Positions 18,460 through 32,655 of a stretch of 64,000 nucleotides of DNA are shown here, piece by piece (positions within the stretch are counted from its first letter, which is position 1; each line of letters starts with the position of its first letter). This stretch comes from Piromyces finnis finn (lineage: Eukaryota > Fungi > Neocallimastigomycota). The notes beneath the pieces are model-generated. The model ran no database searches. It saw only the letters and a list, made by a program, of their open reading frames with translations, and was not told the DNA's origin. The stretch is taken from NCBI GenBank assembly GCA_002104945.1, contig MCFH01000003.1:186001-250000 (forward strand), in the 5' to 3' direction. A program made the position numbers and the translations under genes.

Positions 18460-20583
18460 TTACATTCCTGCTAAAGAACGGAATAAATTAGCAAATGGTG
18501 GAATAGCCGACCAAATAACACAAAAGGTAGAGAAAAGAACAAAACTAATGGAAGATACAGCAGAAGCTGATGGATATTCTTTAATTAAACCTGCAGTAGC
18601 GACTGCGTGACCAGCACAACCCATACAAGCACCATGAGCTAAAGAATCCTTTATTGGGAAACGTATTAATTTTAATATTGGCATACCCAAAATATCTGTA
18701 AATACACCAGTAAAAGCTACAATGACAATAGCAATAGCCATATCAGAATGAAGATAATTGACAACTTGAACAGCTAATGGTGTAGTAGCAGATCTATATA
18801 AAAAAGGAAGAATTAATTAAAATAATAAAAATAATAATTAGTATCAAGGTAAAAAGGAATAGAAATGATTATTTTCTTTTATAATAAAATTTCATGATAA
18901 AATAATTTTTTTTCTTTTATAATAAAATTTCATGATAAAATGATTATTTTCTTTTATAATAAAATTTCATGATAAAATAATTTTTTTTCTTTTATAATAA
19001 AATTTCATGATAAAATGATTATTTTCTTTTATAATAAAATTTCATGATAAAATAATTATATAAAAGGTACCTTGAGGTCATAGATAAAGCATAGACTGGA
19101 GCAATACCAAGGATACGACATAAAATAGTATGAACAAGCATAGAAACAAAAGACATGATAATGATAGAACCTACCAATTCAAAGATATGTTTAACAATTA
19201 ATTTATGATGTTCTAAAATTCTGAAGGCAAGAGCAACAACAGTAGCATCTAAAATACAGAAAAGAATTTCACCAGCCCTTGGGAATGGTAAGCTAGTATC
19301 GTTAAGGTAGAGAAGGTATTTAGAATTATTAGAATATAAATCTAATTCACTCTTTAATGAACGACCAAAGATTAAACCTTCAATCCAGAAAAATCCATAA
19401 GAAAAAACGGTACAGGTAACTAAAGGATGTAAAAGAAGTCTAATTTTATCTGGGATGCAAAGACCAATGAAATAGGATAAAACGTTGGTAGCAATATGAA
19501 GAGGTTGAGTGATATCCCAGAGAGCAGCTGGGATCCAAGAAACAACATAAATAATAATATATGTGATAAAACTGTATTTTGATGGAATAGCGGAACTCTT
19601 CCATTGGAATCCACTTTTTTTGGTTTTAGTTGGAGGGGTAGATGGAGTGGATGGGGTAGGACATTCATGTTCTGGTTCTTTTATATGAATAACGTCTATG
19701 TTATGTTTTGGTAAATGAGTTTCCATAATTGTATTTTCGTAGGTATCTTCACTGGAATGACTCTTGTTATCAAAGGAGGTAATATCAACAGTTTTTTCAT
19801 CATCAATAACAACTTCCACATTACTTTCTTTGACCTTTTCCTCCTTTTTAATTTCTTTCATTTCTAAAGTTTTATCAGATTTTTTGGATTTTAAAGCTTT
19901 TCCAAATAAAATACTTGCATAATGAATAAAGTAGCCCACTAAAGGAATAAAAATGATTAAACCAACAAAGAAGACGACTAAAAGTTTAATAATATCTATA
20001 CCACTTGGTAATTCAGTTGATTTAAGAATAGTAATAAGTGGTGGAACAAAGAAAATAATCATCCAACTCATTAAAAAGTCAATAGCTGGATTAATCCATT
20101 TTAATATTTTACCCATTTTTTCTTCTTTTAATACATATTCCATTATAATTAAAACAATACCAACGATAAGCATACCAGCGACATTTGCTGGGAAATTAAA
20201 TCCAATTGCCTAAAAAAAAAAGGTACAAATAAATTTATTGGAATAGAGTTTAATATACATGTCAATATATTTTAATCTATTTACTAATATATTAAATAAT
20301 TTTTTTTTATTGAATAAAAAAAAAGGAGGTGTAACACTGAAAAAAAATTTTTTTAATGTTATTCTATCGTTTTTTATAAAAAAAAAAGGTAGATATTTGT
20401 ATATATGTATTCTTTGTAATCTATGAAATATATATTAAATTTACTTACTCTAAATATTTGATTTACAATAATGATAATACAAATAATAACCAAGACTCCT
20501 ATTGGAACTAAAATCCAATCATATATTAATTTATGAAGTAAGCTTACTTCTCTCCATTTCTTTAAATTTTCTGTACTACTCAT
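18460..20583 (-). CDS. LrgA-LrgB fusion membrane protein, paralog B, ~535 aa. Exons 20583-20449, 20209-19071, 18793-18460
   Basis: Same intron positions and phases as paralog A (exon 1 = 135 nt and exon 3 = 334 nt in both). Motifs FPANVAGMLIV, WMIIFFVPP, RSATTPLAVQV, GCAGHAVATA. Confidence 0.87.
18866..19057. repeat. Intronic minisatellite: five 37/38-bp units alternating (higher-order 75-bp dimer) in LrgAB-B intron 2
   Basis: Core TTTTCTTTTATAATAAAATTTCATGATAAAA repeated 5 times, preceded alternately by TGATTA and TAATTTT. Confidence 0.93.
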
Positions 20584-21790
20584 GTTGTTGTATATATAAT
20601 GATTTGTAGATTATTATTAAATTTTAGGATATAAAAATTGATTTTTCTTTTTTATTATTAATCTTGTTTAATAATCCGTTTAATTTTTTTAAACGTACTT
20701 GAATAAAAATTTTCTCTTTCTATTAAATTAAGTAGTTTCTTTTTATTTTGATATTATTTTTGAATTTCTATTTAAAATCGTTTAATTTTTTTTTTTCTCT
20801 TTCTTTTTTTTAAAAAAAAAAAAAAATGAATGACTCTTTTTTTTTAATGATTTTGTTTTTATATCTTTCAATTGTTTTTTTTTTTTTCCTTTCTTTATTA
20901 TAAAAATGGTGTGTTTGTATGTGTGTTTGCCTGCGGTGTGCTTACACTTTTTTTTTTTTTTCTTATTTAAAGGTATAAAACTCAATAAAGAAAATATTAT
21001 TAATTCTCTTTATTTATTAATTATTTTTTTTAAAGTTTTAAAATTCGCAAAGAAAAAAAAAAAAAAAAAAAGAAATTTTAATTATATTTATATTAAAAAT
21101 TTTTTATTTTTGATACGAAAAAAATGGCACCATCAATGAAAGGAAAAGCATTAAAATTTTAAATTTTTACGAAAATAAGGATAAACACGTGATCATTCTA
21201 TGAAATACAGAAAAAAGTGCCCTTTTAAAAAAGAAACTTCAACAAGGGTGTGGGTGGGTGGAATGTAGAAAGGTGAAGTATAGAAAAGAGTTTGATTGTG
21301 GCATTCTTGATAAAAGTGACATTCAAATGTCATAACAAAATACAATGAAATGCAATAAACCTACCCATTCCATTAATACAACACATTCTTTTTTTTTTTT
21401 TTTAAAAATGCCTTTTTCCTAATTGATAGTCTGTCATCGCAAATTTAACCACTAAACTAACCAGAGAAAATTTTCTATTTGCCGGAAATGAATGGCGAAA
21501 TTAAAAAATACATTACAATATATTTTACAATACATTACAATATATCATTCAATAGAATTAGTATGAAATTGAAATATATAATGAAATTGTCATGTTTAAA
21601 TATATTAATAGACTGTACCATATAATAATAATATATAAAATGAAATTCTGTCAAGTTATTTTATCCGGAGGTGATGGGTTAGGTTTAAAAAAGAAAGATC
21701 CCATTTGAAAGGAAGAAAATGTGGCCTTTTTTTTTAAAAAAAAATGTTCATATAAAGAAAAGGAAATACTACAAATATACTTTAAATATA

Positions 21791-21950
21791 CTCTAGACAT
21801 AGATATACTATGAATACATTATGAATATACTCTAGGCACACTCTAGACATAGATATACTATGAATACATTATAAATATACTCTAGGCACACTCTAGACAT
21901 AGATATACTATGAATACATTATAAATACATTATAAATATACTATAGACAC
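21791..21950. repeat. Intergenic 50-bp tandem repeat x ~3
   Basis: CTCTAGACATAGATATACTATGAATACATTAT(G/A)AATATACTCTAGGCACA at 21791 and 21841, with a degenerate third copy at 21891. No spacers. Confidence 0.92.
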
Positions 21951-24900
21951 ATGATAGATACACTAATTTTCTATTAAAAAATAAAAGTAATAACAATCCA
22001 ATAGAAAAATAAATGAAAAGGAAAGCACATTTAATATATTTATTTATTTTTATTATTAAAGCACTTTGAGCAATAATTAATATGAATAAGAAAAAGAATA
22101 TTGAATCTTGGTATAAGTTATATATTTGTTGGTTAGTACAAGTATTTTTATTAGTCATAAGAATCATTATATTGTTATCCCATTTGATTATTGACATCTT
22201 TTTTTTTTTTCATCGAGCGTCATTCTTACCCACTTATTAAATATTAATTTTAAAAAAATAAAAATACATATTGAATGTAAAACTTACCATCCAAAATAAA
22301 AAAAAAAAGATGAATTGTAATAAATCACAATGTAATACTATTAAAGAAATAAAAATCAACATTATAAAATAAAATAAAATAGTATTGAATAACCATGACA
22401 TCCTATACACTCTATTTGATTAAAAAAAAAGAAAATTATGAGCTAATAATAAACCATGATGTAGTGACATGTTATATATCACATATATCACATTACCACT
22501 AAAGGCACCCTCCATTTATCTACCATTTTCATGTGAAATAAGTAATGATTCCATAGATTTATTTTTTATATACATAAATCTATTCATTTCTATTCACCAA
22601 TCATTTATGAAAATCAAAATTTCAAATTTAATATTGTAACTATATTTGATACATTAATGTATACATTATCCATTACATTACATTTTTATTTTATAGGTTA
22701 AAAAAAGAAAAGAAAAATGAAGCGCATACTTTGACTAATTTTTATTATTATTTCGTTGATAGTTGGTCCATTTTAAAGCTACAGTTATCTATACTCTATG
22801 TACTCTATGTCATCTATACATATTCACTTGTTCCCATTCCTTTTCCCCTACTTTCCTTTCCCATTCTTATTCTTTTCTCTTTTTCACTTTGAAAATAAAA
22901 ACATATATATTATCAAATGTAATCAAATTAATTACATATATATATTATAATATATAATATAATATAAATTCAATATAATTTTAATTTAAATCATAAGCAA
23001 TAGATTAAAATATATATTATTATATATTATTTAATATTATTTATTTATATAGTTATTATACCAATAATATACTATTTAATATAAAAACAATATAATTGAT
23101 AATTTATGCTCTATATTAATTTTAAATCTTTAAGGAAAAAAGCAGCTGGGCAAGGAAAAGCAGCTTAAAATTTTTTTTATACCTAAAGAAACTGGCTAAA
23201 AAAGTGTTTTTTTTTTTTTTTAACATTGATCGATTCAAAATAAAGGTAACTTTGTGAAAGTATTTCCTTTTCTTTTCTTTGCGTGTGTTGTATCATGCCT
23301 TTTTCTTAAAAAAAATAAAATTCTAATTTTTCTATTTTTTTATTATTAAATAAACTTTTTTTTTTTATTCCTAAAAATTTTATATTAAAAAAAATTTTTT
23401 TTTTTTTTCAAAGCAAAAAATTTTTTTTTTAAATTTTTTATTTTTTTTTTTTTTTTTGTTAATTCAAGCGAAATTTTATTTCAAAAAGGAAAGGCTGAGG
23501 TCAACTAAAAAAGAAGGAAAAAGTCTTTTTTTTTTTTAAGCGAAAACCTGAAAGAAAGAAAGAAAAAAAAAGAAATTTTAAATAAAAATTAAAAAAAAAT
23601 TCTTTCAAATTAATTAAAAAAAAAAAAGTTAAAATTGAAAGAATTTTTTTTTACTTTTTTTTTTTTTACTTTTTTTTTCACATTTTTTTCAAGCAAGCAA
23701 GAAAAAAAAAAAAGATTAAAATGATTAATACAATGTAAAGAAAGAAAGAAAGAAAACTTTTAAATATTTATCCTGTCAAGTTATTGCAGAAAAAAAAACA
23801 TAGATTTCTTTTATAATATTAATATTTATTGTTTATTTATTTGTATTCAGTAATCAATCCTAAAATTAGATGTTTTAATATTTCCTAATCTATTTTTATA
23901 CAACCCTCTTTTACCCGTTTACAAAAAAAAAGAAAAATATTATATATTTATTAATTATATATATATTTTTTTCAGTTTTTTTTTTTAATATAAACTAATA
24001 CTGTCAAATAATAATAGTCATAACGAATACGGATTTATTTTTATAATTCTTGTTAACAAAAGAAAAAAAAAAGATTGTAAAAAAAAAAAGAAAAAAAAAT
24101 TCAAAAATTTAAATAGTATTATTTAAATTCAAAAGTTGTTATCCAAATTATTTTTACAATATACATTTATTAAATAGATTTAAATTTGAACTATTTCAAA
24201 GTCATAATTTAAATTATTTAAAGAAAAAAAAAGAGGAAAAATTATAAATAAATTATTAACAAGAATAGACTTTAAAAAGGTAATACAAAAAGTGAAATAG
24301 TATGTCGGAAGGAATGAAAAAAAAAAGTGGGAGATGGTATAATAGTTTTGGAAAAAAAAATCAATCAATTAAAATAATAGATGGATAAAAGAAAATATTT
24401 CGAAAAATAATATTATTCCTAAAGTTGCAATTTAAAACTTTATCAATTATAATTTCAAAATAAAAAAAAATTTTATTTCATATTAAAATCGAGAAAATAA
24501 AAACTCGAGAAAATCGCGATATAAGAAAATTAAATTACACTGTTTTAAATTGTTTATTGATTTTAAAATCAATCCTTAATGTATCCATAATCACAATCAA
24601 TAGTTTATTCTATTAAAATGTTGTATTACCATAGACAAAAAAAAAACTTTTGCCATTATATCAAAATTTCATATTAATATTTCACATCAATATTTTATCT
24701 TTTTGAAATTTGAATTGGCAACATTGTCAACAACAGTCAACATTGATTTAAACAAACATTGTGATAAGATTTGTGCTATTCCTATCATTTATGTCATTTG
24801 TATAATTTATATCATTAACTATTATCAATTATTAAATATTATTATCGACTATTATCAACCTATCTTATATAACTAATTTATATACCACTTTATATACTAT

Positions 24901-25182
24901 TTTATATGCAATTTTATATACTATTTAATAACTATCTATTTAATTTTACCATTTTATATATCAATATTATAATATTAAATTTTTGCAAAATTACTAACCT
25001 CTATTATATAAATAAAATTTATATCTATAGTTATATAAAGAACATTGTATTCCATATTACACCTATAGTCCTCAATAAAATCAATAAAATCAAAATTTTT
25101 TTAAATAAAAAATAACAGTAATAAAATTTCAAAAAAAAAAAAATTTTTAAAAAAAAAGTAATATCATAATCAATTCATCAAT

Positions 25183-27723
25183 ATGTCAACAACTGTAGAA
25201 AAATCGGCAGAAGCGGTTGTTAAAGCTTCTTCTAAGAGCGGCTTTTTAAATAAAAAATTAATTGTTGCTGGTTTAACTTCATTATCGCTTGGTGGTATAT
25301 TATGTTATTATTTAACACCATACATTAAGAAAAGGAGAATAAAAAATTATATAGAACATCACAAATTAAACAAAAATTGTTTTGAATATTTAGATATATT
25401 TCAATCTCAAGCAATCTCTCCATTAATTCGTTCTATTTTAAAGCATATATTAGTAGCAGATAATTTCTTAAATCCAGATGAATTATATTTACCGGAATTT
25501 AAGGAACAAACGAATCATCTTATGCAACAAATTAATGAAAGCTACACTAGCGGTAAATTCTTATTGTTAGAAGGTTGTAAAGGTAATGGAAAAGGTTATG
25601 CTTTAAGAGCTTGGGCAAAGAAAGAAAAAAGAGTTTGTATTTACCTTGGATTAAAACAAAGCTTTAAAAAAGTTGCTACTTCTATCAATATACCTTCTCA
25701 TGATATTTCTTCTTCTATTGATCCTTACGCACCTCAAACAACTGCTCAAGGCGATGGTTCTGATACTCCTCATTATTTAGATGAAACTACCTCAGCTACG
25801 GCATTAGATAATATTTCTTTTGATTCATTACAAGAGATTCAACAAAATCTATTCAGTGACATTCCAGAAAGAAGTTTATTCATCTTTGGATTATTAGAAG
25901 CATTTGGTTTCTTCTCAATAGGTAATTTTTTTTATAAAGAAATTTTACTTTTTTTTGATAAAGAATTGATGGAGTATTTATGCTTTTAAAACTTTTTTTT
26001 TAATTTACTTTATGGTTTTTTTTATAGTATTATTATTACTATTATTATTGCTATAATAATAATAATAATAATAGAATTGACTGTATATATATTTAATTTT
26101 AGTTATCATTTTTTTTTTAATTTTAACTAAAATTTTTAGTAATTTAAATTATCCTTTTTTTATATCTCAATTTTATTATTGCTTTGTTTGTATTTATATT
26201 TCTTAATTTAAAATTTTATTATTATTAATAATTATTCCCCTAATTTTTTTTTTTTTTTAATTATTAGATACTTTCTCTAATCCACAACAAATACCAAATA
26301 GAAATAGTATTATTAATAGTATTAATGAACATAAACAATATTTACATCCAAGATTACTATCCGATGCTTTCAAAGAAATGGAAACTGTATTACAATACAT
26401 ATGTTTAAGAAGTAATACTGGTCCAGTTCTTTTCATTTTAGATGATATTCAATTATTATTTAATGAACAAGAATTAGTTGGTCAATATGATTGTGCCTTG
26501 ACTATTCTTAATTGGCTTTTAAAATGCCAAAAGAATGGTTTAATGGATGTTATTTTTTGTAGCTCAGAAAGATCAGTCATTACTTGTGTTAAGAAATGTA
26601 AGTAAAATGACATGAAGTAGAAAGGGAGGGAAAAAAGAAATGAGAATTTTTTTAAAAAATACAAGATATTATAAATAAGAATAGAACTAGTATTATGAGA
26701 AATAATAAAAAGATATTTTTCTATTTTTGTATTCTAATTTTTAATTTTCATTTCTTTTATCATAAATATATATATATTTTTCAAAAGTGAAGGGATTTGA
26801 AAAATTTTTAGCAACCAAGGTCTCAGAAGATATTGAAACTTCAAAAATTGAAAAATATTTAGTTCATGATGTTAATAAATTATTAGATGACAAATGTAAA
26901 TTTAATAAAGAAAGTGCTAAAGAATTTGCCTATTACTTTTCTTCAAATTTTGAAGAAGTCGAAAACTATTGCAAATCTAAAATACCAGTCAAGAGTAAGT
27001 ATATGAAGTAAACATAATAATAAAAGTAGTAGTGTGATAGTAATGAAAGTAGTCATCATAAAGATAATAAATGGTTTGATTTAATTATATTATGATAGTA
27101 TATAATAATATACAATATGCTAGTAGTATATAATATACATGAAAATATAACATAATAAAAAAAAAAAAGAAAAACAAGATATTCATTTTTTTTTTTTTTT
27201 AATTATTTAATTAGAATATATTTCACTTAGAAAAGAAGATTACAAACAACTTGTTCAACAATTCTTTGAAGAAACACCAGGATTTGAATTATACCCAGCC
27301 TTTGTTGACCCATACAGTACTCCACCAAAAGATATTTTGAAGGATGTTATTCTTGAATTAATGATGAATTGTATATTAAGTTTAGATAATGTTCTTCCTG
27401 CCAGAAATGGTGATGCTAAAAAATGGGCATTTGTACAAAATATGATTAGTCACAAATTATTAAGATGGGTACCTATGAAAAAGAGACCAGCTCAACATAT
27501 ACCAGCAACCTCTTACAATTATATTCCATCCATTGATACTTCATTACTAGGTGATGCAAACGATGAAAATCCAACTAACTACTGGCAAACCTTATCCAGT
27601 AGTAATAATTGGAAGGATGAAATTGTTGTACAGTCTGAACAATATCCATTAGATCTTGATCTTACATTTTATAATCCATTTATTCGTGAAATTTTAGAAC
27701 AATGGTTTAATCAAGAACTTTGA
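25183..27723 (+). CDS. N-terminally membrane-anchored P-loop NTPase (AAA/STAND-like fold), ~594 aa. Exons 25183-25921, 26268-26597, 26788-26994, 27215-27723
   Basis: Four exons join in phase 1/1/1 through GT-AG sites, total 1785 nt. TM LIVAGLTSLSLGGILCYYLT then KKRRIK; Walker A-like FLLLEGCKGNGKG; Walker B PVLFILDDIQ. Confidence 0.78.
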
Positions 27724-28057
27724 AAAAAAAAAAAAAGTTTTAACACACCTCTTAAAAACTTTTTTTTTTTGAACACACCTACACCTACACCTACACACAC
27801 ACCTATACACACCTACACATACTTACCATTCAAAAAAAAAAAATGTACAATCATCCATTACACTCTTTTTTTTTTTTATTTTTTTTTTGTTTAAATGGGA
27901 AAAAAAAGTCCATAAAAAACCTATTTTTTTAATAAAAAAATTAATCTACCCTTAATACAATAGTAGTAATATCAAACTAAAAAAATATATATATATATCT
28001 TTTTTAAAAAAATATATATAAATTTAATGAATAATCATTTTCAATTATGTAATGGTA

Positions 28058-28123
<66 letters not shown>

Positions 28124-28316
28124 TAAAATAAAATAAATAAACATAAATAAATTTTTTCTAAAAAAAAAAAAGTACACACATATATTCACACATACACATT
28201 CATACATGGTACACCTTTATAAACAGCAACAAATATTTATGCTATCTTTATTTTTTAACCATTCACCATTTCACCCTTTTTTTTTTATTATTATTTTAAT
28301 TCCTTCAATTCTAAAC

Positions 28317-28350
<34 letters not shown>

Positions 28351-29099
28351 CAACACTTTTCTTCAACATTTCCCCCCCTTCTTTCTAAAAACATAGTTAA
28401 ACAAAAGGTAAAAGAAACCTTTTTTTTTTTTTTCCCTACAACAACAACAAAAACAACAAAAACAAAGAAAAAACTATTTTATTATTATTATTTTTTTCCC
28501 AAATATTTTGATTATTTATTTATTTATTTATTTATTTTTATTTTTTGAAAAAAAAAAAAAAAAAGTTTTACCTTCATCAATATCAACATTCATTCTATGA
28601 TTTAAATCTATTTATTTTATAATATTTTTTTAATTTATTTATAATAATAAAAACAAAAACAAACAAACAAACAAACAAACAAAAAAAAAACCCTCACCCT
28701 ATAATAAAATTCCCTCTTTCTTTTTTTTTTTTTTATATATTTTATTTTATTTTATTTTATTTTACTCAACAAAAAGAATTATATATATAAAAAAAAAATG
28801 GAATAATAACAAAGAATTGAATATAGATGAACTGAATAGATAAATATTAAAAAAAAAAAGAAAAAAAAAAAGATTTTTTTTTTTTAAACTATAAAAATAG
28901 ATTCAAGGAGAAAAAAAAAAAAGGGAATTTCTCTCTCTCTTTTTTTTTTTTTAATAATAGATTTTTTTTTTTATTTAGTTTTATTTTTTATTTTTACCTT
29001 TTTATTAAAACTTTTTTTTTTTTTTTAAGATAATAATAATGAAAAATGTGTATATGTGTGTTTTTTAAAAAAAAAAATTAAAAAAAAATTTAAATTCCA

Positions 29100-29136
<37 letters not shown>

Positions 29137-29147
29137 AAAAAATGGAA

Positions 29148-29404
29148 TTAATGGAAGGAGACAGCTGCTTTAGTTTTGTTACTTTGATAGGCTAATTTAA
29201 TTACCTTGATGACATTACCAGCTTGTTCTGGGGTAACAATTAAACGGGAAAGATCCTTGGTATGAAGAACTTAAAAAAGAAAAAAAAAATTTTTTTTTGA
29301 AAAATAAAAAAAAAAAATAAAAAAAAAGGAATTATATATATATATTTGATATTTAATATTTGATGTTTGGTGTTTGGTGTTTGATATTTAGTGGTGGTAT
29401 ATTA

Positions 29405-29442
<38 letters not shown>

Positions 29443-31124
29443 GATAGAATAAAATAAAAAATAAAATAAATAAAAAAAAAAGTATTAATAATATATAGAT
29501 TAGTATATGCCAATTCATCAAATGATTTTTTTTTTTAATTTACCTTCGGCAATATTTTTATAAAATTCAATATAGGTGCCCGGTAAAGTTTGATATTTTT
29601 GGGTTTGGGTGGTACCGTCTTGACCTGAGATAGATAATTCACCCCATTGCCATTCCTCCTTTTCTTTTCCAAAAACGGTATCATCCTTTAATGGAGTTAA
29701 TCCAACCTTGAGTTGATCTTCTTGAACATCTAAACCATACTTGAGGTAGGATCCATCCACACCATGAATCTTAAAACGAAGTCTTTTTTCTTCCTTAATT
29801 AACATACCTCCTTTTAAAATAACAATCATGGATGGATATTCTCCTTCTTCTGTAGCTTCATGATCATAATTTAAATGAATTTCAAAAGCATCTGGTGTTG
29901 CTGTTCCTTGTAACTTTCTTTGATTCATAATTCGAGCATATACTGTTGTTGGTTCACCAAATAACCATAATGCTTTTTTTTTTTTTTTTTTTTTTTTTTG
30001 ATATATAGATAATTATAGTGAGTAATATATTCAATAGAGAAAATTTAATCATGAGAATCATTTATATCGTTGTATATATATTTATAATTATATGTGTAGA
30101 TTTTAAATTATATTTAATACTATGATTTCCATATTAATACTATTGTTATCATTACTATTGTTATTATTATTTAAAAAAAAAAAAAAAAACGTTTTTTTTC
30201 TTCTTTTTTACCTTGATCAATTAAATGAGAAGCAAGATCATACACAATACCAGATCCTGGAATATCTTCTTCTTTCCAATTATGTTTTAAGAAATTTCTA
30301 TATCTATCAAAATGACTTTCAAATTCAACAATTCTTCCTAAAGTTTTATTTTCAATTAATTTTTTGGCTGTTAAAAAGTCACCATCCCAACGTCTTTTTT
30401 TTTTTTTTTTTTTTTTTTTTACATATATATATATAAATAAAATATATATTTAATATTAATAATGAAAGAAGAAATAAAAAAGTTTTTTTTTTTTAATTCA
30501 CAATGAGTTAAAGAGTTTTATAATAATATAATATAAAGAGACAACAACATAAAACAATAAATGTTGATAAAAAAAAAAAAAAACATAATATTTTTATATA
30601 TGAGTGAAAGAGGAAAAAAGGTAGAAAAAAAAATTAAGATATAGCATTATTGAATTAGTTTTGCTTTTGGTTTATATATATATTCTCACCAAATATATAT
30701 ATATATAAATATATTGATAAAAAAAAATAAATAGATATCTACTCTACCTATTTTGATAAGCAGTAATGAGAACATTATTTTTTCTAGCAATTGATAATAA
30801 TTCTTGAACTTGTTGACTATCAGTAACAAAAGGTTTTTCTATCACTGTATTAATTTTATGTTCAAGGAGAGTTTTTGCCAATTCAAAATGAGTATGGTTA
30901 GGTGTAGTGATAACTGCTAAATCTACTTGTGCTCCACTATCGAAAAATTCTTCAAGAGAACGTACAATAGTGACGTCAGGTAAAACTTGTAATGAATTAT
31001 TGGTTCTTCTTTCGAGAACATGAGTAATTTTAAAATCGTTTGGAAGAGAAATAATTAAGGGAACATGAAAAGTTTTAGCACTTGAACCCCAACCAATAAT
31101 TAATACATTTAATAGTTGACTCAT
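29148..31124 (-). CDS. Gfo/Idh/MocA-family NAD(P)-dependent oxidoreductase (YdgJ/IolW-like), ~369 aa. Exons 31124-30748, 30393-30212, 29972-29544, 29269-29148
   Basis: Rossmann IIGWGSSAKTFHVP, ITTPNHTHFE, IEKPF, YQNRRWDGDF across intron 1, YDLASHLIDQA, and C-terminal LIVTPEQAGNVIKVIKLAYQS. Exon lengths sum to 1110 nt in frame. Confidence 0.9.
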
Positions 31125-31965
31125 ATTGAAATAATGTTTTTTTCCTCTCTTTCTCTCTCTTTTTTTTTTTTTTTTTAATATTAGCGTTTTATTTTATTTT
31201 ATTTTTTTTATTATTTATTTTTCTAAAAAGAAAATAAAAATAATGAAAAAAAAAAAGAAATTAATATTTATTAATTTTTAAATAATTATTTGCAGTTATA
31301 ATAATAAAACTATTTATATTATTTGTTTTTTTCCCTCTTCTTCTTCTTCTTCAAAGAAAAGTTATTATTATTATTATTAAAAAGTTTTATTTTCTTGTTA
31401 AACATAATATTATTTTTATCAATCCATTTTTAAATTGTTCATTTCAAAATATTATTATATATTATATAATATATATAATATTAAAATAAAAAAAAAAAAA
31501 ACAATTCTTTTATTTCTCCATATATGTATGAATATTTATTTTTTGTATATAAAAAAAAAAGATAATACTGTTTCCTATTAGAATGAAACTATTAAATTAT
31601 ATAAAATTATTATTTTTTTTTTTTTTTTGAAATTCAACTGTAACTTTTTTTATTAATTGAATTTTTTCTTTTTTTTTTTTAATTAATATTTTTTTTATTT
31701 TTATTTATTACTGAATAACCAATTTAGTTTTTCTTTTTTTTTTTTTTTTTTTTTTACCTTTTTTTCCCTCTTACTTTACTACTAAAAGCAGAAATAAAAA
31801 AAAAAAAAGTTTTCTTTGAAATATTTAAATATTTTTTAGGTTGTTGGGTGATACAAAAAAATAATTATTTTTTTTATTTTTTATTAATAATATCATATAA
31901 TTAAAAAATTAATTTTATTATTAATAGGAAAATAAAATGAATAAATTCCGCTAATTATTAAATTT

Positions 31966-31999
<34 letters not shown>

Positions 32000-32655
32000 A
32001 AAAATGAAAGTTACAAGAATGTCTGCAAGATATAAAAGTTTAAAAAAACAATAAAGGATGAAGTAATAATAAAAAAAAGAGAATATTTAATGAAATAAAT
32101 TAGATTTTTTTATTCTTTTTATTATATATATATAGTAGTTATTATCTTTTTTATTTAGTGTAATATTCTATTTTTTTTTTTTTCAATATTTTATAAAAAT
32201 TATGGTATTATGTATGAAATGTAAAAAAATGATATTGATATTGAAAATATAAAATTAAAAAAAAAAAAAAAAGCACTTTAATCATTTGTATATAAAAAAG
32301 GAAAAGAAAAAAATATTTTCATAAATTAATCTTTTTGTAAAAAAAAAAAAAAAAAAAAGGATCAATAAAGAAATTAAAAAATAAAATAAAAAAAATAAAA
32401 TTTTTAAAGTTTTTTTTTTTTTTTCTTTATCTATTAACAAATAATTTTTGAATAAGTTGGTGGTGAGGGATTAAAAAAAAAAAAAAAGTGAGTTTCTACG
32501 ATTAAAATCTATGCAATAAAAATGATAAAATTTTAAAAAATTAAAAATATAAAAAGTATGAAAATATGGTATATAATATATATATGAAGAAAAGGATAAA
32601 AGGATACATAATATAATTATTAATTTGATACGTCTATTTTGATTTTTATTAAAAA

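Noticed and set aside
18866-21950. 37/38-bp and 50-bp direct repeats considered as CRISPR arrays
   Set aside because: The units are contiguous with no unique spacers, no cas genes are present, and the context is eukaryotic.
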